Positions 11,166 through 25,339 are shown, counted from the first letter of the stretch. The stretch: 64,000 nt of DNA from Eledone cirrhosa (GCA_964016885.1 OZ024740.1:179986001-180050000); one strand, 5' to 3'. Numbers and translations are program-made. Notes: generated by a model not told the origin, from the sequence alone.

Positions 11166-12416
11166 ATGGATGCCATTTCCACCTCGCACACTGCCGTGAG
11201 TGCCACGCTCACTAAGAACAGTGGTGGAGGGAAGGTAGGAGTACAAAGCTTGCAGCCTTCCCTCCTCGCATTATCGAAAAACGTTGAAAGTATTGAAACC
11301 ACGAAACCAAACCCGGTAAATAATATCAGCACCAACAACAAGAACAATGACAATAACACCACAACCAACAACTGCAACAATAGCAACACCAAGGAAAACA
11401 TGAACAATATTACCAACAGTGACAACAACAGCAGCAACACAAGAGACAACAACACCAAAACAACATTCGCACAGACTGTAAAAAAAAACGAACTATACAC
11501 GCCAATAGACATAACAAATGCTAAACAACTATTACAAGACGCAAAACTATTCGTGACTTTTGGCGAAAACGGTGCTTTCAGCATCAATTCTCCACAGGAA
11601 TTACGTAGAGAGGCTGTTCTGAAAACCACGGTTTTCAGGACAATATCGAACGAAACAAGAAAACCAGCTCAATTGTCACAAAATGAAAATGAACTGGTTC
11701 TAAAAGATGCAATGAAGGATATATCCTTCATACAAAAAGGTAAACTATTTGGTAGCATTTCGGTGCTAATGAACAACCAGTCAACAGCACAAAAGTACTC
11801 GGTATCACCCATTGTGTCCCCCCGCTTCACCTTATTCCCCACATACAGGGGAAAAAGGACACACAGAATAAAAATAATGAGTCTCACACCAAATGTAAAT
11901 ATGTGGTGGATACTATGTGGAATCATTGACTTTGATGAAGACAAGAACATTTCAGTAGGAAAGTCCTCCGGAGGTGTATTTGGTGGGACCAGCGTAGAAG
12001 TTCTGGCGCAAATGAGCCCAGAACGAATAGTGAATATCCCACAACGCGTGCCTCTGGACAGGCTAATATATATAAACATTTCAGTGGAGGGAAGGCGGCC
12101 GTCATGTTACCACTGCTTAAGCAGGGGTCACCTGAGGGCTTCCTGTCTTCAATTAACGAGTAAAAAAAAGGCTCTTCTGCTAACCCCGAACACAAAACAC
12201 AACCCCCCCCCCACACCACCACCACAACAACAACAACCACTACAACACGGAAAAATAACAACACAAAACACTGTTCCACCCAACCCCTCCCCACCTAAAA
12301 CAAGTACAAAAGCAGCCACAACAAAACCCCAACATATACCCCTCCCCAACAACACGAAGAGGACTCCGTATCAACGTCACCCAGTGACGACGAGGGAGAA
12401 CCCTTTCAACAGGTAA
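11166..12416 (+). CDS. LINE ORF1p (gag-like zinc knuckle); probably continued by frameshifted sequence to about 12943
   Basis: 416-aa ORF with EGRRPSCYHCLSRGHLRASC, Asn-rich N-terminus and Pro/Thr-rich C-terminus. Confidence 0.8.
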   Translation: MDAISTSHTAVSATLTKNSGGGKVGVQSLQPSLLALSKNVESIETTKPNPVNNISTNNKNNDNNTTTNNCNNSNTKENMNNITNSDNNSSNTRDNNTKTTFAQTVKKNELYTPIDITNAKQLLQDAKLFVTFGENGAFSINSPQELRREAVLKTTVFRTISNETRKPAQLSQNENELVLKDAMKDISFIQKGKLFGSISVLMNNQSTAQKYSVSPIVSPRFTLFPTYRGKRTHRIKIMSLTPNVNMWWILCGIIDFDEDKNISVGKSSGGVFGGTSVEVLAQMSPERIVNIPQRVPLDRLIYINISVEGRRPSCYHCLSRGHLRASCLQLTSKKKALLLTPNTKHNPPPTPPPQQQQPLQHGKITTQNTVPPNPSPPKTSTKAATTKPQHIPLPNNTKRTPYQRHPVTTRENPFNR

Positions 12417-12985
12417 AAAGAAAAAAAAAGGTACCACATTAACAAAAATGCTACAAACACACAACCACCAGCACAAACAGAACAAACATCACAAACAAAA
12501 AACCCACCCCTCCCAAAAACATCACACATACTACAAAACGCAAACACGCACAAGAACAACAAACAAAAACGAACACAACACAACAAAAAATCTATACATA
12601 CATTAACAAGAACAATAAAACTTTGATGAAAGCGATAGGGATCACTTTCACCTACGCAGCGAACAAACCGCACCTAATGATGATTAGGGTCCCAACGGAA
12701 ACCTATGTAACTTTGAAAAAGAACCATCCAATGCATGTGGGGACCAACTGCACCAAACCACTTAACATCGTCCTATTGAGATGTTTCTCCACCCCCATAC
12801 CAGACACCCACACCCCACCAAACAACCTAATCCCACCACACACTGATGTCCTCACCCCACCACAAACCACCACCCCACCAAACAACCCTTCCAACACCCC
12901 CATGGAAATTGTGCAGCCTGGTCCCCAGGAGGCGAAGAGGTAAGTCATTTCCTTTCCTCTTCCTTTTTCACTCTTCAGAACCAAC

Positions 12986-15900
12986 ATGGCCAATATAAGA
13001 GTTGGATGTGTGAATGCACGCGGCCTGGGCATGTCCTGGAAACAGGGCAAACTCTTAAATGACCTCAGGTCGCACAGAGTGGGTTATGTAATGGTTATTT
13101 GCGAGTCCAGGATCAGCAGCGAGCGCCCACTGGCCCCCATCTTCGACGACTTTGAGATCTACGCATCTCTCTGTCAGTCGAGGGGTGGGGGTGGCGCTGT
13201 CTTTCTGCTGCGAAAATACCTGGGTCTTGCCACACATAAGGTACACCTGGACCCGGAGGGTCGACTGGTGGTTTTAGACGTCGGTAGTGGTGAAGGTGGA
13301 GCTTTCAGGCTGGTGGCAGCGTATGCCCCATCTGGGACAACGCGACCGGACTTCTTCCGATGCCTGGAGAATTTTATGGGAACGTCTCGCTCCTTGCTTT
13401 TAGCGGGGGACTGTAATGGTATCCTGGATGCACGTTGGGACTATGTAGGGTCATGTCCCGATAGAGGGGTGTAACAGCCTCAAACGATTAATCGGCCGAT
13501 TTGATCTGGCCGATAGATATCGACTAGATTTTCCGACTGTGCCACTGTGGATGTGGACTAATCACAGCGGAACATCTAGGTCGTACCTAGATATATTACT
13601 AGTTATAAATAAGGATAGGGACAAATTAAGCTGTCTACGAATGTTCATGGTTGACTATTCGGATCACAAGTTGGTGACCGGATTGGTCAACCTTGATAGA
13701 ACTCATAGACAGGGACCCAGTTACTGGAAGCTAAACTTGTCCTTACCGACAAACAAAGCTTACAGTAAGCGGATTATCACACTAGTTAAGCAGCGTTTGC
13801 GGGGGTAATTGCAACAGCAGGTGGTGGGGCTCTCTGAAGAGAGAAATTAGAATAGAATCGATAGGTTTTAGTCGGGAATTAGCATAAAATAGGAATAGAA
13901 CTGAAAGGGAATTAACAATTAGAGTAGAAGAGGCGATTAGGAGTGGCAACGTGGCCGGCATGCTGGCGTCAAGAACTGCCCTAGACCAGTTCTTTGACGT
14001 GAAGCACGAGGGCTGCGTTGTCAGGAGTAAAATACGTGCTCCGGGTAACGAGGGAGCCAAAGCTGTTAGCTAGGCCCGAGTGACAGAGGCAAAAACTGGA
14101 AACAAGTCCACGATTCGGTCTTTGAAAGACCAGGATGGACACGTGATCCTTGAACTTAAGCGGATGAGTGCGGCCTTTCAACGGCGCTTTGCACGACATT
14201 TCGGGAGGGGCGGCGGGCCGGGTGGGGCCTCGACGGTCTGGCGTGGCTCTCGGACTAGGAGGCGAAGTCCTGCGAGAGGTCGATTTCAGCCGCTGAAATA
14301 GGGGAAGCGCTGAGCCAATGCGGCAGACGCAAATCTCCGGGTCTCGATGGTCTACAATACGAACTTTATGTAGTGATGCCGGGCTTGTTCTTCGGTCTAC
14401 TGCAACTGGCAACAGAACGGGAGAATTCCCAGTTCTGTGACCAAGGGCGTAGTCACGCTGGTGAGGAAGGACGAGAACAAGGGGGATGACATAGATAACT
14501 TCAGGCCTATAACTCTGCTAAACACAGAGTTAAAAATTTTGGCCAAGGTGTTAGCGAAGAGGTTGGCGCTTGTCGTCGGGAACTTGGTGGGAGAAGCGCA
14601 GACATGCGCAATCCCGTCCAGGTCCATACACGACAACCTCCACCTCATGCGATACATCGTAGAGAGGGTAGGGAAGGAACCCGGCTTTGGTGGGGCCCTG
14701 ATCAACTTGGATCAATCTAAGGCGTTCGATAAGGTTGAACATCGGTACCTGGATGCGGTGCTCGCAGCGGCAGGCTTCGGACCCGTTTTCAGGGGCTGGA
14801 TTGCTGCAATGCACAGCAGCAACACCTGCTCGAGGGTCAAGGTGAACGGCTACCTCTCGGAACCGTTCCAAATCACGCGATCCCTCCGACAGGGATGCCC
14901 TCTCTCCTCCCTCCTGTATGTGCTGGCTCTCGAGCCACTACTGCGGAAGCTGGAGCTGTTGCAGGGCATCCCCTTGGAACCGGGATTGCGGAAAGCGGTG
15001 TCGGCCTACGCCGATGACGTGACAGTAATGGTGTCTTGCGCCTCGGAAATCGGGCAGATCGGCACATTACTGGAGGAATATGAAAGGTTCACAGGAGCCA
15101 AGCTGAATCGGGACAAGTCCGTCGGTTTGCAACTCGGGACGTAGAGGGGCAAACCGATGCCCTCTGTCGTGCCTTGCCCAGAGAAAACACTCGCCAAAAT
15201 GGAGCGCGCGCTCCTCCGATTTCTTTGGAAGAAGCAGGCTCATTTGGTGAGAAGATCCATCTGCTGTCAACACCGTTCGAACGGAGGGCTGGGGTTGCCG
15301 TGGCTGACGATGCATAGACACGCATTAAGGCTACGGCACCTCCAGGTATACCTCACCGGTCAGCTGGTGTGGGCCCTGTTTGTGAGTCGAGCCTTTCCGA
15401 GACTCGTCTCACTCACCGAGCTGCAATCCTGAGTCAAGCAAAGACCGAGAAAAGTGGGCGACTGGAACATGAATGTGCTCAGGCGCTCACGGCCCTCTGG
15501 CAAGCGGATCCGGCAATCAGTGGAGACTCAAGCTCAACAGTCTATAGAGGGTTGGTGCGCAGTAAGTGCGACGACGCACTCGGAGAGGCTCTGGGCATGG
15601 AGGAAGATGAGCTGGCCAGTCTGTTCGGTAGGGCGTTTGGCCCGGGACCGATGGACAACTTCCCAAAGTCCCTGGCTTGGCAATGTTACCGAGGAGCTCT
15701 ACCCGTTCGGGACAAGCTCTACAGACACGGGCGCCCGGGTAGGGACCCCTCGAAGAAGATCTGTCCGAGATGCGTGCATGACGAGGAAACCATCGCACAC
15801 GCATTCGTACACTGCCCGGGCGTTGCTGACATGTGGGGCTATGTGGAACGACTACTGTCGCGGGTGGGACCAATCCGGTTGACTACTGAGAACATTGTCA

Positions 15901-16178
15901 CGATCAAACCGCCTCTCCCTTTCAAAAACGAAGGAGGGGCGGTTTTCCTCTGTGTGATAGCTATGGCGAAAGAAGTTGTATGGTGGACAAGGTTGAAAGG
16001 GCTGAGGTCAGACACCTTTCTCTCCGGCCAACAACTAGTCTTTTTTTTCAAGTACCACTTTAGAAGAAGGATCAGAATGGAGAGAAAGGTTCTCTATCCC
16101 AGCAAGTTTTATGAAAGGTGGGTAAAAGTAGCGAGAATGGCCCGAGTGAATGGGCCTGCTCTCTATATCAGCCTGTAG
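12986..16178 (+). pseudogene. LINE ORF2 (APE endonuclease, RT, Zn finger) with stops, frameshifts and internal deletions
   Basis: NARGL, YAP, GDCN, SDH (APE); FRPITLLNTELKILAK, LDQSKAFD, RQGCPLS, YADD (RT); CPRC..ETIAHAFVHC; segment missing near 15165. Confidence 0.92.
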
Positions 16179-16672
16179 GTGAGAGAGGAGAAGAATGAGA
16201 AGAGGAAGGAAGCCCCGCTCTTTGTGCTCCTGAAGAGGAGGGTTGCACATTTTTTCGGGTGTGTGTGCGACCCATGTCAACGCCCCTCCCTATTGATGAC
16301 TTCGATTGTTAAATTTAATTTGTTATATGTTTTTTACACGTCTTTTTAAATGAATGTAAACTTCCCCCTTTGTATTTGTCCCAATTTTTGATGCCCTGGT
16401 GGCAAATAAATAGAAATGTATATCAATTTACACCAAACTCTCCCTTCCTACTATCTACTATAAGATACTCTCTTTCAACCCCTCTATCTATATAAATAAC
16501 CCCCTCTGTATATCAACTATACGGAGCTCTCTTCAACTGCAATGTTGTTCTAACTGAGATAAAACTAAATATATATTATACACGATGCTCATTACAGCTA
16601 TAAATGTCCCGTAATTATTTCGGTTTATCTACTTAAGTAAATCAACATTAACAGCATGGCTGCGATATTACA

Positions 16673-16769
<97 letters not shown>

Positions 16770-16803
16770 CATATATGTGTGTGTGTGTGTGCGTATGTTT
16801 ATG

Positions 16804-16849
<46 letters not shown>

Positions 16850-16854
16850 CACAT

Positions 16855-16886
<32 letters not shown>

Positions 16887-17187
16887 ACATACATCTATAC
16901 ATACATATATTGTCATTAGAATTGTGTGTTTTACATTCGTCTTGTTCAAGATAAACACCACGGCATTTTGATAAAATAAATTTACCTTATAAAGAGTATT
17001 ATTAGCTGTCTTGTGTTTGCCAATGTTCAATGAATTGATTTAATCTTCTCATTAGAATAGAGTTCGCTTCGCACTAAGTGATCCCTTATTTCGAAGAAAT
17101 TATTTACTAAAGAGAACTAATGAGAAATTGACGTTTGCTACCTTGAATTTTAAAGTAAGGTTAGAGAAATAATTCACACACACACAC

Positions 17188-18938
17188 ATATATATATAAA
17201 ACAAAGAATGTCTGTGTATCTGTTTCCCTAAAACTCGACAATGAGCCAACCGTTTCTTTTCAAACTTTACACATGTAATACGTATGACCCTGTGAGTGTT
17301 CTGAGCAAAAGGAATTTTAAAATGATTTAGTCCTAGGGATCGAATTAGTGAAGTGGCCAATGTCTGTTCATAATGAGGGAGTGAGAGGAAATAGAACGAA
17401 ACGGAGAGGCCAAGTGACGAACTGGCTCTCTAATCCTCCTCTTCCATCTCCCCATTCGTCACAGCGTTTTTCGATAAAGGGGAGAAATGTAAGTGAGTTA
17501 TAAAGAGAAATAGTGAGAGTGAAAGAAACAGAGAGACTAAAAGAGTGGTATAGTGGGAGAGAGAGAGAGAGCGACAGACACTGTGTTTGATACATGATAG
17601 TGGAAGAGGGGAAGGGAAGCTATAACTAATTAACATGTGTGCGTGTGTTCGTGCGCGTGTGTGTGTTCGTGCAGCGTTCCACTAAGAGTTAAATCTATTA
17701 ACATGTATGTGTACGTGCAGACGTGCGTGCATGAGTTTGCGTGCGTTTTTGCGTTTGCGTGCCTGAGTGTGTGTGTGTACGTGCGTGTCACGTTTCACTT
17801 ACGCCATTTTTTTCAGTGACAGTAGTTGTTGTACATGATCATTTATTTATAACCTACAACTTAACTGTAAATGATCTTGGAAAACAAAGTGAAAGAAACT
17901 TAGAAGGATAAACACGAACTCTCATTTTCTTCAAATGACAACCAAGATTCAGACTGTTACATTTCTACCGAAGCAATACCCACAAATCTAACACAGAAAA
18001 TATATTATGGCTTCAACAACAACAAAAAACGTTATATATCGTTATTACTGCCATTGATATCAGTAAAGTTTTTATTTCTCTTTCCTGTTAACCATTCATA
18101 TAAACATATTCACTAACTTACACTCATTCCAACCGCTACTCTCACTGCTATCACTCTCCCTATCCATACCCCGGTTAAGACGGGACTCGTGGCTTAGGAA
18201 TTACATAGTCAACCGTTCGGAAATCACCTTAGTCTTTCTCTTCTTAGATAGATACATACATATAACGTCGCGCCCTTATAATATCTGTCTGTATGACTGA
18301 CTGTCTGCATTACGTAACTTCCCTGAGGATGTCTGTGTGTGTGTGTCTGTGAGTTTGAATCCCTAAAACTCGAGAAGTACTCAACCGACCTTTTTGAAAC
18401 TTTACATGTGTATTACTTATGTTTCAGGGTGGGTTATAAACAATTCAACTTGTTGATCCCCTAGGGCCCGCATTAGGCGAAAAACTGCGGGTTTTTTTCA
18501 GGTTTTTAGGGGTCTTTTAAGGCGTTATGGCAGACTGATTTCCTTCAAATTGTAACTATGTATTAGTCAGTCTCTTCTTCATACCGCGAACAAAGAAAGT
18601 CCTACTTGTTCATGGCCTGGGGCCTGCATTAGGAGAAACACTTAATTTTTTCAGCATTTTAGGGCTTTTTTGAGGCGTTACGTCTAGCCGATTTTCCCGA
18701 AATTTCAAGGCATATTATGCACATAAAAAAAAATTCATTTTCTTGATCCCCGCATTACGTGAAAACCTGCATTTTACCTGCTTCATCGAGGAAAATCTTA
18801 AATATTATCCAGCCAGCGGAGTATTCGGTTTATTTCCTTTACATATTCTCCAGGCATCCAGTTTTTCCACGATTAGGTCTGTTGGCGGCCCACGTTACAC
18901 AGTACCTTATCCCGTGCAACGCCGGGTACAACTGCTAG
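17188..18938 (+). mobile_element. Non-autonomous Helitron-like repeat(s), probably two related 5' parts and one 3' end
   Basis: 3' hairpin CCCGtgcaacgcCGGG (18911-18926) then CTAG|T (18935-18939); related 5' segments at about 17195-17345 and 18325-18465; internal ~150-nt tandem repeats at 18455-18775. Confidence 0.6.
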
Positions 18939-18952
18939 TACATATATATATA

Positions 18953-18996
<44 letters not shown>

Positions 18997-19065
18997 AAAA
19001 AAGATGAAATCGAAAATGCAACTGGAGACTTATTTTAAAAAAATATATATATATTTGTTTGGTTC

Positions 19066-19101
19066 CTTTACCGGTTCCGCAGTTCTTCTGCTTTTCAAAA
19101 G
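19066..19101 (-). ncRNA. Minimal HHR, U3-A8 core variant
   Basis: Minus strand: ctt-TTGAAAA-gcag aagaa ctgc-GGAA-ccgg-TA-aag; the sister arm (21366-21401, plus) keeps GAAA but has a damaged 5' core. Confidence 0.65.
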
Positions 19102-19924
19102 TAGAGTTGAGATGGAGGGTCTGTCGTTTTTCTCACATATGGTTGGTCTTTGAATGTTACTTGTTTTATATGGAAAAAAAAGGCTCGAAACACCAGGTTT
19201 TTAGAGAAGTAATTTTATTGGTTGGTCAATAAGTATAATAAATTTCGCGCCAGTTCGTGTTACAGAGTTCTTCAAACAAAGGAGAGGAGGGCTCAGTTTG
19301 TTTTTTTCATATATGAGTGTTTGAATTTCTTTTTACTTAAAAAAAGGGGGCCCAAGATGCTTTTTTTTTATTAAATGTAATTTGATTGGTTATAAATGAA
19401 ATTATGGCTGTCACCTGACAAGTTCATTAGAAATCGCGGCCGTATTTGGGAATAGAATTGTGTAGCCTTTTAGAGACTTTATGACAATAAAAAAAAGTGG
19501 CTCCCAAAGGCTATTTTAAAAAAATGCAATTTGATTGGCTATAAGTGAAATTATGACTGTCAAGTGAACAAGTTACGCGCCCGAATTTGGAAAATTATTT
19601 TGTAGCCTTTTAGAGAATTTTATGACATGCAAAAGAATGGTCAAGAGAAATGGGATTGGAGAAATGTTCTGGTTCAGTGAATGTGGCTAGTTCGCAGGGG
19701 TGTCAGAGTTTGGATTTTCTAGTGAACTAAAGAAAGTAGACATATGTATGTTTATTTGTGTGTTTGGGTGTGTGTGTGTGTGTGTCTGTGTAGGAAAGTG
19801 ATTCTATTAGTAGAAATGGGGAGGGAGTTGTGTGTGTGAGGAGGGTGTTATCTGTGTGTGTGTGTATGGGTATTATGTGTCTGCGGGAGTATGATTATCA
19901 TATTAAGATGAAGAGAATATATAT

Positions 19925-19959
<35 letters not shown>

Positions 19960-20157
19960 GAAAATGATTCCGTTAGTAGGAATATTTTTGAATGAACATA
20001 TTTTCCTTACTTATTCTTATTTGTTCTGTTGTATTGTCAGCGCAAACGTATGTTAAGTTTTATTTAGTTCGGGCTTTTATTTTCTAGAGTAGAAGCTGTT
20101 ATGTGTGTATGTGTCTGTTTGGATAGTTAGCATGTTATGGTGTTGACATAAGGTATA

Positions 20158-21118
20158 TTAAACCCTATTTAATGCTGGTCTATATTTTTGAATAAACATA
20201 TTTTCCTTATTTATTCGTATTTGTTCTGTTGTATTGTCAGCGCAAAGGTAAAATGGGAAGACTTGGAATGTGGGTGTCTCATTACTTGCGCATATGTCTA
20301 GATGTGCGCTTAGTGGTATATGTCTTGTTGTTGGATCTCGTAATTGTTGGCGATGAACTGTCATTCTATTTCTGAGTGTGAGTTTAGTTTGTCCTATATA
20401 ACCTTCATTGCATCCTTTACATTTAATGGCATAAAGTAGATTTTTTGATGGGCATGTGGAGTGATTTTTTACAGCAAAGTTTTGTCCTGATTTAAATGTA
20501 TACGTGTTGCCTTCAATGACGTGAGTGCAGGTTCCACAATTAGAGCGACCCCATTTTTTGACAGTTGGTTGTGGGTTTGTGGTAGATAATTTGGCATTGG
20601 TGAGTAATATTTTCAGTGATTTCGGTTGTCTTTTGCTTTTGATTATTTTGTGTGTTTCAAGGGCTTTTTTCATTCTTGGGTCTTGTTTCATTAATGGGTT
20701 GTTCTTGTGAATAGTGTTGTAAGCTTCCGCATTTATTGGGTTGTGTGTTGAGATATATGATAGAATATTGGTTGTACCTTGAATTTGTTTGTTTTCGTAA
20801 TTCATTGATGCCTATTACTTTAGCCCTTTCTATTCCATTATTTATTAGTAATGGTGGGTACTGACTTTCGAGTAAAATTTCCTTTAATTCTTGAAGTCTT
20901 TTATTTCGCGTTACATAATTCGAGACAATTGTGCAAATTCTTCTTGCTAGATTAAAAGGAATGTTCGTCTTCGTGTGCTTTGGATGGTTGGAGGTGAATA
21001 GCAGGTATTGTTTGGAATCTGTTGGTTTGTAGTGTATGACAGTTTCAATATGTGTGTCTTATTTTAAGATTAAGATGTCCAGAAATGGGAGTTGATCTTG
21101 GCTGTATTCCATTGTGAA
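20158..21118 (-). pseudogene. PLE RT-thumb plus GIY-YIG endonuclease remnant
   Basis: LPFLDI, YKPTDSKQYLLFTSNHPKHTKTNIPFNLARRI, NCGTC, NLLYAIKCKGCNEGYIGQT..LRNRMTVH, KENMFIQKYRPALN. Confidence 0.9.
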
Positions 21119-23145
21119 GAAAAAGCCTTCGTGAGCCCCTTTTTTAAGTAAAAAGAAATTCAAATACTCATATATAAAAATAAAACCTTGTTTGAAGAAC
21201 TTTGTAACGCGAACTGGCGCGAAATATATTATACTTATTGACCAACCAATCAAATTACTTCTCTAAAAACCTGGCGCTTCGAGCCACTTTTTTCCATATA
21301 AAACAAGTAACATTCAAAGACCAACCAGATGTGAGAAAAACCACAGACCCTCCATCTCAACTCTACTTTTCAAATGCAGAAGAACTGCGAAACCGGCAAA
21401 GAAACCAAATAAATATATATATATTTTTTTAAAATAAGGCTCCAGTTGCATTTTCGATTTCATCTTCTTTTCTTTATACTTTCAATCGTGTAGGACACTT
21501 CGGTTACTTTTCATTTTGTAAAAAACCTCACTAAAAAACCTGTACATATATATATATATATATCATATATATACTTACAAAAATATATGTGTGTGAGACA
21601 GAAATGGTGTTTTGGTTCCTCTCTACTGTTTAATCGCATGTATATATATATATATATGCATATCTTTTTCTGTGTGTTTGTGTGCATGTGACACCGTGTG
21701 GTATGTAAACACACGCGTTACTCTCGCTGCCCCTCCTAATTCGGTCAATCAGTATAGTCATCTGTTGAACATGCTTAGAAATAATTCGAAATTAGTTGGA
21801 CATATGATTAATACATATGTGAAATAGATGATTAGAAAATCACAATTATGCGATATCTACTTATGTCACTAATTTTCCCCTGGATACAGCTTTGCGTTAC
21901 TTTCAAATTTCTATGATGAATAAACGGAAAATTAACGGAAACTATTAGATTGTATATAACTATGGTTTTCTACCAAACAAATTAGAATTTGGTTACCTTT
22001 CTAAATATGAGGTTTACTGAAAAATTAACCGAAATAATTCTTCCGTTGAAAGGAATTGTGTTAGGCTGTAAAATCTGTGCATACTAGACTCTCACGTCAT
22101 TCGTGTCTTAGCGTGAATTTCGGCAGGTTACTCTATGCGTCAGTCACTGTAAGGCTGCTAGTTCATATGGTGATGTACTAATTTCAGGTAGCAGACTGTG
22201 ACGAGTGTTTGCGGTACGAAGACCCGGTAGTACTCCATCCATGATGTTTATTCCTGTAGCACGACAAAATTGATTATGCAATAACCATTAGAACATTCAA
22301 TGTGAATATATAAAAATCTAAGTTTACATCCATTTATATTCGCCGTTCAGGTCTAGCACAATTTTACTTCATTTTCGTCAGTACCTGGCTTTGATCTGCA
22401 GATATTCCTTACAAACTCCGCATTATTCTAAATCATATACGCCATGCGCTTAACTTAGTTACGCGCAATTATCTTTGGGGTGTAAATGTAAGTAAATACG
22501 TACTCAATCATTACTACTCTACTACGATACTGCAAGATATTCGTTGCTTAATAAGTTAATGTTCAGGCATAAATAAGCACATATCATATAATATGCTTCT
22601 ATATTTACAGTTCTTCAATATTAAATTCCCAGAAGCATATGATGAATTTATCAAATTTAATTTTTAAGGAAGAAAATACAGAACTACAATTTACATATTG
22701 TACATGGTTTGGACTGTATCAACGAAATGTCACTATCAACATGATGTCTCCTACCACATCCTACTAATGATTACTTATCCCGAAGCAATCCCTATTATGT
22801 TTCTACTCTGAGTCCGATATGCTAGCTTAATTTAATACAATCGCCTGTTTTCTTAACTTAAACAAATCGTTGTATACATTTTCCTCATTACTTTGCCACT
22901 ATATATCTTAATTTCATTATTTTATTGAATATATTGTGCCGTTCAAGTTAAAGGAAAATATACACAGATAACACCACATTTGTATTAATCTCCACTAAAC
23001 AACAGGGTTTCAACTCTCTCTTAAATATTCCTACTTTCAGTTGAAGGCCCGACTAATCTAATATTGTCATATAAAGTATTTCGAACATTATCCATCTAAA
23101 AATCTGATTTACTAGCAAAAGATAATGTATATCTATTGCTGAAAC

Positions 23146-23338
23146 AGACCTATCAACACTCCCCGTCCAACCGGGAGATTTGCAATAGCCTTTGGAGTGG
23201 GTGAAGAATGTCTTCTTTTGTGACAATGGGTATAACTTTAATTATGTAAAGTTTATCCATTTTGCTACATTTCACCCATGATTGGGGCACTTTTAGTCAT
23301 CGTACTCCCATTATGGCTTTCTAGAGGTTGGCAGGTCT
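23146..23338. mobile_element. Short hAT-like MITE
   Basis: TIRs AGACCTATCAAC / GTTGGCAGGTCT; imperfect 8-bp TSD gctgaaac / gcagaaat. Confidence 0.45.
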
Positions 23339-25339
23339 GCAGAAATCCCATTCGGTTATGGAAATATCGGTTCCGGTACTCATTTTCTTTTCGAATTAAC
23401 GTAAATAGAAAGGTGTGCAGATTTCAGATACATTAAGGAATATAAATGAATTAGAATATATTCAGGTTTGAATTACAAGTTTAATCAGTGGACAACGATA
23501 CAGTTTTCAACTTTGAAACCAGTCCTTCAAATCAAAGCTTGTTTCTTCCATTTTTAATCAAATATAAACACATTTCCATTCAGTAAACCTCCACGAAATA
23601 AATATAAAATAACTCATCGAGTTATGCAACAAACGAGATCTGAGTTTTAGGCCCTTTCTAATGATTTAAAAGTGTTTATTCATGAAGGTAAGGTTAAATG
23701 AATAATTAAAGTATAATGTTCTCATAAGCAAAATAACCTGCCGCATATCTAAAGTAATGAAATATGAGCTAGTAAACTTCTACATTCATCAAACCATTTA
23801 CTGTATCGATTATAGTGATGATATACAAGCTATAAAAATACAATCACTTTTCACAACTATTATGTTTGAAAAATAACACTAACAAATAATTTACATATGA
23901 TTTAATGGTTTGATGACTGGAATGCTGATGTACGTTATCATTTTCAAGGTATATTTGTGATATTCTAAACAACATGAAACATAACTTAAAGGGATTGACA
24001 GGCGTTACAGAAAGCTTAAATATTAGCGGTTGCTTCTAAAAACACATGAATTGTCCCTTATTTAGCAGCACCTAATACATGCTGATATAGAGGTCTAGGA
24101 TTTACAGCAATCAGATCCTGAAACGTTTCAGCATGTGTTGATAAACGATTCAGATAGAAACATGTTCTTATTTAGAAATACATGAAATCGTTTTATTCCA
24201 CATTAAATATATCCTATAGTCTAGTTCATATTAATCTCATCGTTGTCAAATATCTTGTTTCACTGCTCTGAATCAGATTATATTAACAGACGTGAAATAT
24301 AATTAAAATTCAAATATTTTACCAAAACAGTTTCAATATCGTAACTTTAAAAACGATGGTGCATTATCGCCATATTTTTCTTTGAAAAACTCAGAAGACA
24401 CGTATATATTAGTAGATACTTCAAATATTATATCAAGTGTTAATACAGAAATCTGTCCTGAAATTAGTTCGAAATATAGCAATTTCAACTGCCTGTTTAT
24501 ACCTTATATTTGGCAAACAATGTAGTAGTCATTGATTCTACCCCCAGATGATATACGAATTATAACACTGCTTGCAAACTGGAAAAAATGCCGTGTAAGT
24601 TCTCTTAAATCAATTAAATCAAAACCTAACCAGTTTTGCTTCAAACCATCAACCAATAGAACAGACAGTTCTTTATGAATGAGATACACCTAATGTTTAA
24701 CATGATGTTGGTGAAAGCTAAAAAAAACAAACATATAAAACATAACAGAAATGTCATGTTTGCTTTTGATCATCAGAGTTCTATACGTGTCAAACTGAGC
24801 AGGTGATTATAGTGAGTGGATATATTCCCATGTTAAATTGACTGAATAAATATATTGCTTTTACCAATGAAAAAGGAAGTAGTAGAGAAAGAGATAAAAA
24901 AATATGAGGACAAGCAATCGGAAAAAGACAGAGAGAGGAAGAGTTACATAAAAAAGGAGGGGTCACTTTCCTATGAATAGAATATTAGTTGTTCATTTGA
25001 AAGCATAGTTCGTACATTTCAGCTTACGTAATGAATTACAGATAATGTGTTCTAAATTAAGTATACAGAAGCTGCATATCACAGATCAAGTACAGACTCA
25101 GGAGAATAAAAATGGACAGTTAAGAATGTTGCTTCGCAATCATTAAGTCCTTAGATTGAATTCAATATGTAGCATCTTGGATAAGTGTAATTTATCATAG
25201 CCTGGTTGTGGAGCTGGGCTTTGTGAGGGAAATTGAGGAGACAGCTGTACTCATTGTGTTTGCATTTATATACACACCCACGTTATTACGGGTAATACTG
25301 CTCTGCCTTCAGGTATATACATAATTAAAGTATAATGGC

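Larger units (their letters stand above)
10961..16418 (+). mobile_element. Near full-length Tx1/L1-clade LINE, inactivated
   Basis: ORF1 with CCHC knuckle, ORF2 with APE, RT and C-terminal Zn finger, 3' end AAATAAATAGAAA; 10-bp TSD tatatcaatt at 10951-10960 and 16419-16428. Confidence 0.92.
18991..21545 (-). mobile_element. 5'-truncated Neptune-like PLE with an inverted 3'-end arm, in (TA)n
   Basis: RT thumb and GIY-YIG coding remnant on minus; arms about 18991-19365 and 21120-21476 are inverted; tail 21477-21545 only on the inverted arm. Confidence 0.9.

Noticed and set aside
11138-16280. Antisense and alternate-frame ORFs over the LINE
   Set aside because: Shadows of biased coding sequence with no motifs
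22170-22245. Possible short exon after ttcag
   Set aside because: A stop follows within about 18 codons; no recognisable product or supporting exons
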